The position numbers and the translations under genes were made by a program. Shown piece by piece: positions 38,601-50,086 of a DNA stretch of 64,000 nt. Each line of letters starts with the position of its first letter. Positions within the stretch are counted from its first letter, which is position 1. The stretch comes from Podarcis tiliguerta. Lineage: Eukaryota. The stretch lies in assembly GCA_965153285.1 (NCBI GenBank), contig OZ229121.1. The stretch is one strand, 5' to 3'. The notes below the pieces were generated by a model. The model saw nothing but the letters and a program-made list of their open reading frames with translations. It had not been told where the DNA came from and ran no database searches.

Positions 38601-41600
38601 AAGTTCCGCTGTGCCTCTGTTTTCTTTGAGGCTTCCTCCACCCTCACTGAAGTCTTTTTCGGGCTCTGTGGAGGGTCTTCTCTTCAGCCACAAGGGCTCC
38701 CCAGCTCTTTCCCACCATTTCTTGGTTTGAATCTATTTATTTCCTGGCGCCACACATATAAGCAGCCGCACACGAGTCAATCACAGGTTGGGGGGCGGGA
38801 ATCTGTATTAAATATGCAGATAATGATGTCTGATTTCTGAAGGTGAGAAATAGCAACTCTATATGAATCATTCTTTTACAAGTCAGCTCACCCGAGCAAT
38901 ATTAAACACATCTTTTATTTATAGGAACGTTTATAGGCTACCCTTTTGTGCCCCTGTAAAAAAATATATAAATAGCATCAGCTGGAGAAGCTGATAATTA
39001 CTGGAAACATAGTAGGTGTGGAGCAATAATTTAAGCCTTTCCTGCTGCTGCTGTACTGAGGAAAATCCCTATTGGGCGGGAAGGGGGAGTGTCGGTTCCT
39101 TCATTGACATCAATGGGTAATTTCCTCCAAAGCATACACCAGTTTCAGAGGGATCTCCCCCCCTCAGGTCCACATCAGGGGAGAAAGGGTTAAATTATCC
39201 CTGCATGCCTGCTTTGTTCCCAGGAATTATCACCCCTCACCAGCTGCTGCTATTTGCATTTTTTAAAACCTGTACATAAAATACAAGGACAAATATAATA
39301 TCGCATTTAGTTTGGTCCTCAGTTCAACACAAAGGATAACATTTGCCAATAACTTCTCCTAACTTTTCCTCCCATTTCAGTAAGGGTGGTACAAAACCTT
39401 CACTGTACACTAATAATAGTGATACAGAACATATATGCTATAACACAAACACACCTACAATAAAATCCTTGTGGTGCCTCATTTAAATAATTAGGTTAAA
39501 ATCAGATAAATGACAATCTAACTATGACAACAAAGTAAATATTGAAACAACCTGGTCTACTCTTTTCTTTTTTAAAAAAGAAGAAGTATCTTGATCATTG
39601 CACACAAATCTGTTCCAGCTGCAGTTACTGCTGTAGAATCTTTAAAAAAGAGAGATTGTTTTTCAAAAGAGCTTTTCCAATAATTATAAAAGACCTTTCG
39701 TATATTAAAGCTGTGTTGATCTTATAGACTGGTGCAAACAAACCTACATAGTGAGGTTCCGTATAATCTATCTGGGTATTAGTGGGTTGACCTTTAAAAT
39801 GCAGACAAAGAGAATGTTGTTTCCTAAGTTGGGGAAAATGACAGGAAGCAGGGCAGAGAGAGTTTAAGTATGCTTAAGAAACAAAATATAACAGAAGTGA
39901 AAAATCTAGAAATTTCCACACAACACACTGCAGCAATTTCAATTTTCAAACACACACTTTACATAATTTCATGCAATCTGAGCTACAGAATGCACAATAA
40001 CTTAACTTCAATTTCTTACACAAACTGTCATCTCTCAACCATCTTACAGTGGTTCCACCAGAGATGGAACAAAATCCTTTACACTGTCGTTCACATAGAT
40101 GTGGAGAGCACAAAGAGACAGTTAATCCAATGTCGTTTTAAAATTGCTAAATGAAGATTTCCTTTCTGGCACCTCTCTCTTTCCCTCTCTTCACAGTACA
40201 GGCTGGGATCCAAGGCACACCAATACTGTTTCTGCATGTCTAATAGAGGTTTGAGGAGCTTCTATTTCTCAAACAGCACCCGTCATGCAATGTTGCAAAC
40301 CATATTTGAAACTAATGCATTTTTAAAAAGTTTCTGATATGGCAAGGAGATTGCAGTTGAAAGAAAAGATGTTTAAGAAAGACATATGTAAGCTCTTGGG
40401 AGAGCTTAATAGCTCTTTGGATCATAGCCATACTCTTACTGATGGCAATAATTGAGTACATTTTAAAATTGTTTTAAACTGAGTATGTTGAGTGATACAC
40501 TATACATAGCAAAAGTAGGCCTTCATAGGATACCTTTGTGCATATGTTTACTCAAGTATCGGTCAGTTGATTTTTTGCCTAGTATTATTATTGTTATCTA
40601 ATGGAAGTCTACACTTATGGGAAGGAGAAGGCTTTGCCTCTAGCATTAAGAACAGAGGGCCATAAAATCACTTGAAAAGGGATTGACTCCTTGGCTTGCC
40701 AATCTGCTGTAATGGTCATCGGAAAACTAATGCTGCCACCAAAGGAGAAGGTGGGACTTAAAGCAAAAAAGGCAAACCGTATGTGGAGAAGGTTGATAGC
40801 AACCTAGTTCTGGACAAAGTGGAATGGAACCTTCTACCACCAATTAAGGAGTCATCTTGCTTCACAGTGTGAGCACAATACCCTTCAAACTACCTGAAAA
40901 CACAAATCAGTAGGGAAAACTTTTTTCTCTTGTAGGCAAGAGTGGCAAAATACCAAATTTAACAAAACATATTCAGGAAAATCAACATCTGATTCTTTTA
41001 TATGCTGGGAAAATAATATTGCTGAAAAATCAGTAATAGATTTTTTTGCAGTCCAGAAATGTTGTAGTGCAACTTTTAAACTTCCAACCAATTTCTTTAT
41101 AACAATTATTCACACAAAATATATTCTTGTTCCAGAAGCAGTAAGTTATCACTAGAATTAAACATTTTTGGGGGGTGCACACACACACACACTCCCACAC
41201 CAGTATAGATTGCCCTTCATACCATAGTTGTCTCAATGTCCCCTGGCGAGAGGCTGATTTCATCTGGGGAGGTGATAGAAGAGCGAGTTGTCCGAGGAGT
41301 TCTTGGTGAAGGAAGTGTGTCCCAGGCATTATACCCACTAGGAGGTGGAGTTGGCATCTGAACACCTGAACGTTGGCAGCAGTTCTCAGGATTAGACATC
41401 CAAGCTTCAAGTAACTTCTCCCTGTCCCAGTCTTAAAATAAAACCAGAAAGTGTTAAAAAGGAACATGGAAATGATTTGGTGATGATGTGTCTGCTTATG
41501 ATTATATTTATGATTAAAATCACTGCAGAATAGAGGTAGCCAACCTGTGGCCATCCAGCGGCTGTTAATCCCATCATTCCTGGCCAAGGTTCCTGACAGT

Positions 41601-44600
41601 CTATCCGTTTTCATTTATAGTACACTATTCTTTTTATTACGAAAGCACATATTTACATATAGGAAATGTTAATACATTTGGTCAAGATTTGTTATTAAAA
41701 TTGGCTGAGTGTTATATAGTTTCCTGATTACCATGGGCTCGCAGCAGAGCTTCTGCAGTAAACAATGGAGCCTGAAGCATGTCAGCAGATTCTACTATCA
41801 GCATATCTTTGAGCCTTCGCAGGTCCTGAGGTCTTAGTCCTTCATACGGCTGTGAAAAGAAACAGAAAAGCAAAGTAGCAATAGAAATAAGTCTTTAATT
41901 TAGAAAGTGGCACCTTTCCTATTGACAGTGGTGGGCCCCTGGTGGTTCTCGTAATATTCTAGTGGGTGTACTGGCTTCTTATAACTCTTGGGGCAATCTG
42001 AAGTGCTTATTTTGACAAAACCCTAAATCACGTCAGCCCATGTATATATTAAAGAACACTTTCCTTACACATTGTCTCAACAGTCAACCAAGAATTGCTT
42101 CATAGGATGGGATCAGAATGGCGGAGGTAAGGTTCTGTCACATTAGCACATGCATAGACTACATTTAATGCTAACCAGGTTCACACTTAACTAGGGTATG
42201 TATTAGTCTTTTATAAACTAAAAAAAAAATCTTGCCCAAGTTAGCTATGCAATTTGAATGAGACACTGAGAGATGCATAACTTTGTTACTGAAATAAATA
42301 GGATTTTACAGTACTTCTACTGGGTTTAGTTACATCTTAAATTTGATACTCGTATATAAAAAAGCATACGGTCTGTTTTTAAAAGTTATCCTCCCTGGAT
42401 TTTTCCTTGGGAAAGAATGGAACTGAGTTTTGGATTTCTGTGCTCTTTTCCAATCATTATGTGATGAAGTAAACAACTGAACAGGAGATTGTGCAGTTAT
42501 TTGGATGCAAGACCTCCTCCAACTGTGAAAAATCAAATAATCTTCAGACTTCGAATACTGCAGGATCTCATGTTCAGTCATTCCTTTTTGTCATGATGAA
42601 GGAAGCAGGATGGAGGAAGCTAGCAGTTCAATCTCCAGGTAAGGCAAAAGGAGAATGGAGTTGGGAGGGAAAGGCAGTACACAGTTAGAAGTGAAAGCAA
42701 AAAGGTTTCCTAATCCCTTATACTAGGAATCCAGCCTGTCCAGAAAGCCATTACAGATGTCAGAAAGTACTGCCTGACCTGCTCCAACCTACTAGTATAA
42801 AGAGGCTTTTTGCTGATATGATTGATTTGCATGAAGTTTCCTAAACTGCAAAGAACTGAGTTGTGGCTCACAGACTGATAAACCCTTTGGTTTGTTAGTT
42901 TAAGGCTGGAGATGAAGTTTGAAGGTTTATAAGCCATTAACTTCTGAAAGCCTATTATCTCCTCTAATTTTCTGGATCAAACAACATAAACCTTCCAATA
43001 GCTTTTTTGCCTCAATGAAGCTGAGAAATTTTCAATAGTATCTCTTCCTACATATGTGTTCTACAGCTGTTTCAAACTGTTTAAACAATTTAAAGGGTGT
43101 AAAACACATGCTTAGTATACAGAAGGTATCAGGTTCAATCTCTGCATCTCCAGCCTAAAAAAATATGATGTGCCAGGTGCTGTAAAAGATCTCTGCTGTA
43201 CAAATAAGCTATTGCTAATCAGAGCAGACAATACTAGCCCAAATGGATGAATAAAAAAGGAGCTGGTAAAAGTAACAACTCAAGAGCTTTAGATAGTCCT
43301 TTTCCCAAGTATGCACATCTCCCGTCAGAGTAACCAATTACTAATTTTATTTTACCTCTCTTTTGTCCAAAGCAGCATATTCTGCTTCAATGCTTTCAGC
43401 TTCAGGATCTCGTGAGAACACCATCTGGGATTCTAGATTGAGTGCCAATTCTTTATGGTGTTGCTTCTCTGCACAGTCACATGGAGTATCTTTATTTTCA
43501 TTTTCAGCAAACAAGTCTCCACCATGTTTTACCAGAAGCTGCAAGTTAATGAAAACCATTTTAAGAGCTAATTTGAATACAGATCCTTGGAAATTCTTTT
43601 TCAGTCGAAATTTGTCGCCAACGATTTATGCAGAATGGAAGAACGCTGAACAAAGAGAACTAAACCAGACATGTGAACCCAGGGAAGATTATAGGTTGCA
43701 TCCAACAAAGTACAACTCAGAGTAGATCCACTGAAATAACCGAAACTACCGTATTTTTCGCACCATAGGGTGCACCGGCCCTTAGGACGCACCTAGTTTT
43801 TTGGGGGGGAAATAAAGGAAAAAAATTTTATTTCCCCCCCAGGTGCGCTGCGCTAATCCCGAAGCTTGGGGCGTGCAGAGCTCAACGCGCCCCAAGCTTC
43901 TGGGTGCTGGCAAGGTCTCCGCTAGCCGTGGGAGAGCCGCGTGGCTTCGTGCGGCTCTCCCAGGGCTAGCGGAGCGCTGCGCCAATCCCGAAGCTTGGGG
44001 CGTGCGGAGCTCAGCGCGCCCCAAGCTCCTGGGTGCTGGCAAGGTCTCCGCTAGCCGTGGGAGAGCCGCGCGGCTTCGTGCGGCTCTTCCACGGCTAGCG
44101 GAGCGCTGCGCTAATCCCGAAGCTTGGGGCGTGCGGAGCTCAGCGCGCCCCAAGCTTCTGGGTGCCGGCAAGGTCTCCGCTAGCTGTGGGAGAGCTGCGC
44201 AGCTTTCCCACAGCTAGCGGAGCGCTGCGCTAATCCCGAAGCTTGGGGCGTGCGGAGCTCAGCGCGCCCTAAGCTTCTGGGTGCTGGCAAGGTCTCCGCT
44301 AGCCATGGGAGAGCCGCGCGGCTTCGTGCGGCTCTCCTACGGCCAGCGGAGCGCTGCGCCAATCCCGAAGCTTGGGGCTTGCGGAGCTCAGCGCGCCCCA
44401 AGCTTCTGGGTGCTGGCAAGGTCTCCGCTAGCCGTGGGAGAGCTGGGTCTCCCACGGCTAGCGGATAGCTTCCTGAAGCCTGGAGAGCGAGAGGGGTCGG
44501 TGCGCACCGACGCCCCTCGCTCTCCAGGCTTCAGCGAAAGCCTGCATTCGCTCCATAGGACGCACACACATTTCCCCTTCATTTTTGGAGGGGAAAAAGT

Positions 44601-47600
44601 GCGTCCTATAGAGCGAAAAATACGGTATATTTGTTATGTCCATTAATTTCAATGGGTCTACTCAGAGTATAACTTTGGCTAAGTTCCTTTTCAGCAGAAA
44701 TATAGACACCCCTCAGAATAAAGGAGGGTATGTAGTGAGATTGTTATCCTTTAGCGAACACTTAAAGTTTAGAAATATTTGAAAAGATCAACAAGTAATA
44801 CTAAAAATTCCACAATATAAATACTAGGTTAATGTTCCACCATTAAATATGTTTTTACTCATTCACAAAAGACAAGCATATTGAAGCAACAACTGATTGC
44901 TGATACACACACACAAAAACCCTTTTGAATGGCAACTCTGCACATGGCATCAGAGTTTAGAATTAGATCACTGAGCCTACAAGATTTCATGCAAATTATT
45001 TATTTTTTCTGTAATTTTCAGATATGGGGCATCTGTGTGTATTTTCCTGTCTTAGGCAAAAATGGCAATCTCCCCAAATTCTGTTCCTATCACACACATG
45101 AACATTTGTCCCTTTCCTGCTCTCTTTTCAAGCTGCTCACTTTGGGAGGGAATCACTGAGAATATTCTTTTTCTAGATATAAAGCAACAGCACTGATATA
45201 AAGAAATCAACCCAGCTTGAGAATGTTGGCCAAACATTAGTAAAATGCAGGTCTGCTTTGAAAGGGCTAATCTGACTGCAATAGAAAGAAATTATGTATA
45301 CAAAGAACTGTTTATCAATATGCTAATTCTAGAAGATTTAAAAAATGTTTCATTTTTCACTTGACAATCAAACCTTCATGATTTTGAAAACATGCATTTA
45401 TACTTCCCCTTCCTCTCCAATAAAAACAGGCACATTACAATTAGTGGAGAAACAGCCAAGAGCTATTCAAGGATTAGAACACAGAAATGCTGTCAATATT
45501 CATAGACTTTTCTCAGATAGTCTGGTAGTTATGTTCACGATGCCCCAGTTTCTTACATTCCTCAAGTCAAGTGCAGAGTTTTGTGTAGTGGATAATTCCT
45601 TTCCACCCAAAACACAGAAAACATCTAATGTGAATTAGTGGGCTGGTTCACACATGCTAAACCATATTTTGTATTATGTGCATGAGCCTGAATGATGCCT
45701 TGTGCCTGAGTACTCTCTTGTCTTCCCACATAGTTAGGAGAAGGACAAAATCAGGTTTCATATCTTTATTCCCAGATTTTTGTCATGTCATTACATACAA
45801 ACGAGAAATTTTGCTTTAAAATAAATTATAGTGTGTTAAGCAAGTCACCTTCACAACCCATGGTTTGAAGCTGACTTGTCTGCAATTGCTATAATATTTT
45901 AAACCACAAGTCAAGTTTTGGAAAGTGAAACTGAATTATGGGTTGTTATTTCTCCTAGCCATATGGGAGGAGAGGGGACCTATTGGAGACAGAGGTTCAT
46001 GTACATATATATAAAAACATAGTAAAACATTAAACCTTAAAAAGCCCTACACAGGGCTGCCTTCAGATGTCTCCTAAAATATATATAATTACTCATCTCT
46101 TTGACATCTGACGGGAGGGCATTCCACAGGGTGGGTACCACTACCGATAAGGCACTCTGCCTGGCTCCCTGTAACTTTACTTCTCGCAGTGTTGGAACTA
46201 CCAGAAGGCCCTTGGTGCTGGATCTCAGCTGTATCCTAGTTCAGCATTATAGGTAAACTAGACCAGCCGCTCCAGATGAATGAATTCTGATTCTGATTGC
46301 ATGGAGGCTTGGCTCATGCAATTCTTTTTTTCTCCCCCCCCCCCCCATATTTTATTTTCAATTTTCAATAATTTAACAATTTAGCATCCAAATTACTTAC
46401 TTATTCATCCCTTCTAGACTTCCCCCCACCCCACCCCTGGTTTCCAATTTCTCCCCATTATTATCTTACACATCTTTAGTTTTCCATTCTGTTACAAGTC
46501 CATTGATAACCCTGGCTCATACAATTCCCCACCATGTGAGGAGGCATTTGCGTAGAACATCTTGCTCTCAGAAGATACTATCTGCTGCTCCTCAACCATA
46601 TGAATTTATGGTGAATTTATGAAAGAGCAAACTTCTTTTTAAATTGGGATTAGTACGAAGTGTCATTTTATTTTTAAATGTTTATACATATATACTTAAA
46701 ACAGTTTTAAGTGGTTTTATAAGTTATAGAAGCTTATTTGGTGAAAGTTGTAAATTGGTATTAAGTTGATATGAACTAGTATTTCAAAGCCCGTGTTAAA
46801 CTAATTTAACAGCCTGTTTCCATGATGGTAATTCTGGCAAAAGATCAGGCAGATGGTCCGTCAAACTGAGCATACACTACAATTTCCAGTACAACAGCTT
46901 CTGACAGCAATTGCTCCTTTCCCAGCATTGCAAGGGAACAGCCCCTACAAGTCCTTTTGTGACAATTCAAAGGTCTTTCTGATCTATCACTGACTGGCAC
47001 AACACTGTGTCTGGCTTTCCTGCAAATAAACACTGGCAAGAAAGTAAGGAAGAGTTTGCATCAACAGCAGCAGCTGTTTGTGTCATAGTACCTACGCAAG
47101 TACCTAACTTGACTGGTCACTCTGCAAGATTCCACTGACAAATTAAGGCAGATGAAGTGGGTGGTAGCACCTGGAAGGAATGTAACTTGAGCAATTATTT
47201 AAGCAGCTGCACTGCAAATAGCTCTGGTGAATATACCATGGTGAACCTTCTTTCAATACACAAATGGACTATTACATTTTCAAGCAGCGAGTCCTACTTA
47301 TGTTTGAAGTTTAAGGGGCTCGTGGAGATAACTTTCAGGTGAGCAACAGGACAAGGTCAAATATGAAAAAAATGTTATTCCCTTTAATAAAATATTTGCA
47401 AACTGCTGCTATGGAAGACTAAGCATTTTTTTGGCGTGCAACACTGTATTAAGAACAGTCAATTAACTGGAATATACAATAAATTTCAAATATCTCATTG
47501 GGAATTTGTTTGTCTCATTGGGAATTTAACAGTTTGCACTTAAACACAACATTCAAAAGCAATACTCCCCAAAGCAAGTGATAAAAAAAGAAGAATAAAT

Positions 47601-50086
47601 AGGAGGTGGGGTTTTTTTTTTTTAGCATAATAACTGGTATTGGCACATGCACAGGATCTGGTCAGTGCATGAATGAAACACCATCAGGGAATACAATGTA
47701 CACTGTCCTTTTCACCATGGAAGAAAGTAAGGATATAAATATAATAAATTTATTCAGTACGCACTGAATAAGATGATGTCACTTCTTTTTGCCATTTATA
47801 TATTTTTAGATACAATATTAAATGCCCTTAAAGTAGAGCTTCAGTTTTTTGAAACAAGTGTATGCTCCATCATTACTCTGATTACTATTTATATGAATTT
47901 TACCTCTACACAGGTCTTCATTCCTGAGGCAGCAGCATAGTGCAAAGGTGTATTTCTTTTATTATCAACGGCGTCAATGGCGGCTCTTTCATATTCTCCT
48001 TGGTCAAGTTTTGCTCCTTTCCATTTCAGGATCATCTGCAGACAATCTGCTCTTCTGAAATCATCTTCAAAGGGCCGTGTCAATCGAGGCTGAAGAGCTC
48101 CGTCCGATATCATAATCTGAGGCCCCATGCAAAGCAAGTGCATAGAGGTCTCATTGTGCACATTTCGTTTATTTGGGTTGCCATCTCTTACAAAAAGAAA
48201 AGTTCTATACAGAGAAAGTAAAGAAATAAAGCAGTAAATAAGAAGCAGATTTTTATAATGACATGGGAAATAAAGGTACAGTAAAGATACAGTAAAGATT
48301 GAGGAAAATCATATATAAACTGGAAATCTCCTAGGAGGCTTAGTTTGGTCAGAATCGAATATACATTTCCAGAGTTAACGCTAATAATCACTTCTGGTAA
48401 GTGAACCACCATAGCTGCTAGAGGGCTATGGAAATTTGTGTCCTGGGCTTTTTAGACTCATCTGCCCATGTACATTGGTTGCCAGATGTGAATTTTTTTT
48501 CAGCTCCCCTGCCCCACTAAAAGTATTTATCATACTTCTAATAAATTTATAAAAACTGTATTGACCTGAATATAAGCTGCACCTTTAAAATTCAAGGGGG
48601 GGGGGGGGAAGACAACACTTGAATATAAGCGACTCCCTTAAAATTCCATAGGCACTCACACCTATTCTGTTTTACTGTATGTCTATTTCGGCAGCGATAT
48701 TGTAAAAGCCCATTTTTGTTAGGTCGCAAATTTAAGCTGTACTTTAATTTTTCATGGTCAGAATTTGGAAAAAAAAGTGTGGTTTATATTCAGGCCAAAA
48801 CAGTACTTCTAATACATTTATCATACTTCTAATACAAATGCAAAAGAGAGGCATCTTCTCATCTGCAAACTTTTAAATGAATGGGCTATTCTGTAGCCGG
48901 AAGACTTTCCTTGTTTCCATACATCCCATTTGATGAAGCCTGGCAGAAATCCTACTCAATGTTGTTGGTGTTATTATATTAGATCTTCTCATATTGTCAT
49001 TTGAAAATGCAGCCCTGTAATGACTATTTGATAATATACTGCATAATCTAATATTGCTTTATGACTCACTGAATCAGGATGATGTGTATCTTTGTTTTAA
49101 ACTGCTCTGTACCAGTGTTTATGAATACAGGAAGCTGTTTTCTTAAGATACTCCTGATAATATTAATAGCCTGTAGCTTCCTGGTAGCCACAAATAGAAT
49201 TTATGTGTAATAAAAAATGTTAAACCAAAGGGCCATACACTATAAGGCATACACTGAAGAATTTATATTATTTAATAACCAGTCTGGTTTAATTAGATCT
49301 TGTTTGTTCCAGAAGCATCTGCCACAGGGAAGATCAACTGCAATTCCAGAAACAGAGGATTGATGCTTTAAAAAACTACATTTCCTCTCTTTTCCAAATA
49401 TTTGGCACAGCAGATACATTGCAGCTCTTGAAGCGCTTGCCTTCCACCACTTAAAGATGAAAGCTTCAACCCTTTCTCAAAACTTCAAGTAGAGCAAGCA
49501 TCATATCCCTGCATTCTTTATTTTTCAAACACTTGCACAATACAGTGTTCTTGTACTAACTCCGACTTTTCCATAGAAAAGAAAGAAGCAGAGTTATGTT
49601 CATTTCAACACTGGCCTACAAAGAGCAACTCCTGAGCTGAAAGTAAATACCACCAAGGTCTGCAGCAACCTTTTAGGGCTATGAGGATAAGAAATCAAAC
49701 ATGCATGCCCTCATCTTAGAACTATTCTGGAGCATATGTGCACACTGGAACTGGAGCCAGTGTAAAGAGGTTATCCATGGCAAAATATTGAACTTGTACA
49801 TCAAAAGGTAGTACTACATTAGATTATGATGATATCAAAGCACATGATATGTCACTTAGCACATCTAGAAACACTATGAACAAAGCAACAATACTCACCC
49901 CAATATTCGGTTCATCCCATGCCTGGCAGCATAATGTAATGGAGTGTTATGCTGGTAGGGTTCTCCATAAGAAATATTAGGGTCCAGAGATTCTTTTAGT
50001 TGAGGGTTGCTCTCATATATTTGGCAGGCCAAATTTTCATCTCCATTTATAAGTGCTTTGCGGAATTTAGTAGTTGTATTTCCCAT
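17519..50086 (-). CDS. ANKIB1: ANKIB1 (ankyrin repeat and IBR domain-containing 1, RBR E3 ubiquitin ligase), full spliced CDS span; 19 coding exons, 3282 nt, 1093 aa
   Basis: Spliced translation runs from [25 protein letters not shown] to EHVHLV*. It contains ankyrin repeats, RING1, IBR, RING2 (CANC...GCNHMQC..C..FCWIC), an Ariadne domain and a UIM. All introns are GT-AG and phases are consistent. Confidence 0.97.
18618..18661. repeat. (GAAAA)n microsatellite
   Basis: Direct reading. Confidence 0.9.
18685..18818 (-). CDS. ANKIB1: ANKIB1 exon 19
   Basis: [45 protein letters not shown]; 134 nt. Confidence 0.93.
19058..19169 (-). CDS. ANKIB1: ANKIB1 exon 18
   Basis: [37 protein letters not shown]; 112 nt. 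Confidence 0.95.
19977..20002. repeat. (AAAT)n microsatellite
   Basis: Direct reading. Confidence 0.85.
21430..21447 (-). CDS. ANKIB1: Candidate alternative 18-nt in-frame microexon of ANKIB1 (PLFLPQ)
   Basis: ttttgttccttttgcag|CCTCTGTTCCTGCCTCAA|gtatga; phase 0/0 between exons 17 and 18. Confidence 0.55.
21908..22470 (-). mobile_element. L2-type LINE 3' end
   Basis: (TAA)n/TTTATTTATACCCC tail and CATTCCACCAGG...CACTGAGAAGGCCC motif shared with copies at about 46050-46230 and 54470-54720. Confidence 0.6.
22798..22849 (-). CDS. ANKIB1: ANKIB1 exon 17
   Basis: [17 protein letters not shown]; 52 nt. Confidence 0.95.
23542..23720 (-). CDS. ANKIB1: ANKIB1 exon 16
   Basis: [27 protein letters not shown]...[11 protein letters not shown]; 179 nt. 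Confidence 0.95.
25907..26052 (-). CDS. ANKIB1: ANKIB1 exon 15
   Basis: [48 protein letters not shown]; 146 nt. Confidence 0.95.
26418..26671. mobile_element. hAT-Charlie-like MITE
   Basis: CAGGGGTAGGCAACC...GGTTGCTGATCCCTG; near-perfect 8-bp TSD (A/G)GTAAGAT. Confidence 0.85.
27233..27299 (-). CDS. ANKIB1: ANKIB1 exon 14
   Basis: [22 protein letters not shown]; 67 nt. Confidence 0.94.
27392..27478 (-). CDS. ANKIB1: ANKIB1 exon 13 (Ariadne domain)
   Basis: [29 protein letters not shown]; 87 nt. Confidence 0.95.
28263..28677 (-). mobile_element. Partial Tigger/mariner-like MITE interrupted by a SINE
   Basis: Reverse complement of the 29047-29200 end of the neighbouring copy. Confidence 0.75.
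28379..28630 (+). mobile_element. Squam3-type tRNA-derived SINE
   Basis: A box TGGTGTAGTGG, B box GGTTCGCTTCC, (CTT)n tail. Confidence 0.8.
28730..29200 (+). mobile_element. Tigger/mariner-like MITE
   Basis: TA-CAGTGGAACCTTGGTTCTCAAA...TTTGAGAACCAAGGTACCACCTG-TA. Confidence 0.8.
29591..29725 (-). CDS. ANKIB1: ANKIB1 exon 12
   Basis: [45 protein letters not shown]; 135 nt. Confidence 0.95.
31121..31251 (-). CDS. ANKIB1: ANKIB1 exon 11 (RING2, catalytic Cys in GCNH)
   Basis: [43 protein letters not shown]; 131 nt. Confidence 0.95.
32150..32285 (-). mobile_element. tRNA-derived SINE fragment (Squam2-like)
   Basis: Reverse complement of TAGCTCAGTGGTAG...GGTTCAATCCC. Confidence 0.65.
32414..32502 (-). 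CDS. ANKIB1: ANKIB1 exon 10
   Basis: [29 protein letters not shown]; 89 nt. Confidence 0.95.
32553..32618. repeat. (TTA)n microsatellite
   Basis: Direct reading. Confidence 0.9.
34573..34739 (-). CDS. ANKIB1: ANKIB1 exon 9 (IBR)
   Basis: [21 protein letters not shown]...[10 protein letters not shown]; 167 nt. Confidence 0.95.
35699..35843 (-). CDS. ANKIB1: ANKIB1 exon 8
   Basis: [48 protein letters not shown]; 145 nt. Confidence 0.95.
36944..37032 (-). CDS. ANKIB1: ANKIB1 exon 7 (RING1 start)
   Basis: [29 protein letters not shown]; 89 nt. Confidence 0.95.
38283..38985. mobile_element. Old long-TIR (foldback-like) element
   Basis: Diverged inverted arms of about 150 bp (ATAAACGTTCCTATAA/TTATAGGAACGTTTAT; AGAGTTGCTATTT/AAATAGCAACTCT). 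Confidence 0.6.
41223..41431 (-). CDS. ANKIB1: ANKIB1 exon 6
   Basis: [22 protein letters not shown]...SPGDIETTM; 209 nt. Confidence 0.95.
41732..41849 (-). CDS. ANKIB1: ANKIB1 exon 5
   Basis: [39 protein letters not shown]; 118 nt. Confidence 0.95.
43356..43538 (-). CDS. ANKIB1: ANKIB1 exon 4
   Basis: [22 protein letters not shown]...AALDKRE; 183 nt. Confidence 0.95.
43749..44625 (+). mobile_element. TcMar-Tc2-like MITE carrying a palindromic minisatellite
   Basis: CCGTATTTTTCGC...GCGAAAAATACGG; TA TSD; subterminal sequence shared with 97-355 and 2052-2937. Confidence 0.9.
43845..44465. repeat. GC-rich tandem repeat of about 129 bp, about 4.8 copies, hairpin-rich
   Basis: Unit starts at 43845, 43974, 44103, 44222 (119-bp variant), 44351. 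Confidence 0.92.
47904..48204 (-). CDS. ANKIB1: ANKIB1 exon 3 (ankyrin region)
   Basis: [25 protein letters not shown]...[17 protein letters not shown]; AG/GT boundaries; 301 nt. Confidence 0.95.
48556..48803. mobile_element. Diverged Tc2/Tigger-like MITE
   Basis: CTGTATTGACCTGAATATAAG...TTATATTCAGGCCAAAACAG inverted ends. Confidence 0.6.
49899..50086 (-). CDS. ANKIB1: ANKIB1 exon 2 coding part (exon starts at 50163; ATG at 50086)
   Basis: MGNTTTKF...[13 protein letters not shown]; acceptor tttcag, donor GG|gtgagt; 188 nt. Confidence 0.96.

Noticed and set aside
43782-44652. Several Arg/Ala-rich repetitive ORFs
   Set aside because: Artefacts of the 129-bp tandem repeat inside a MITE
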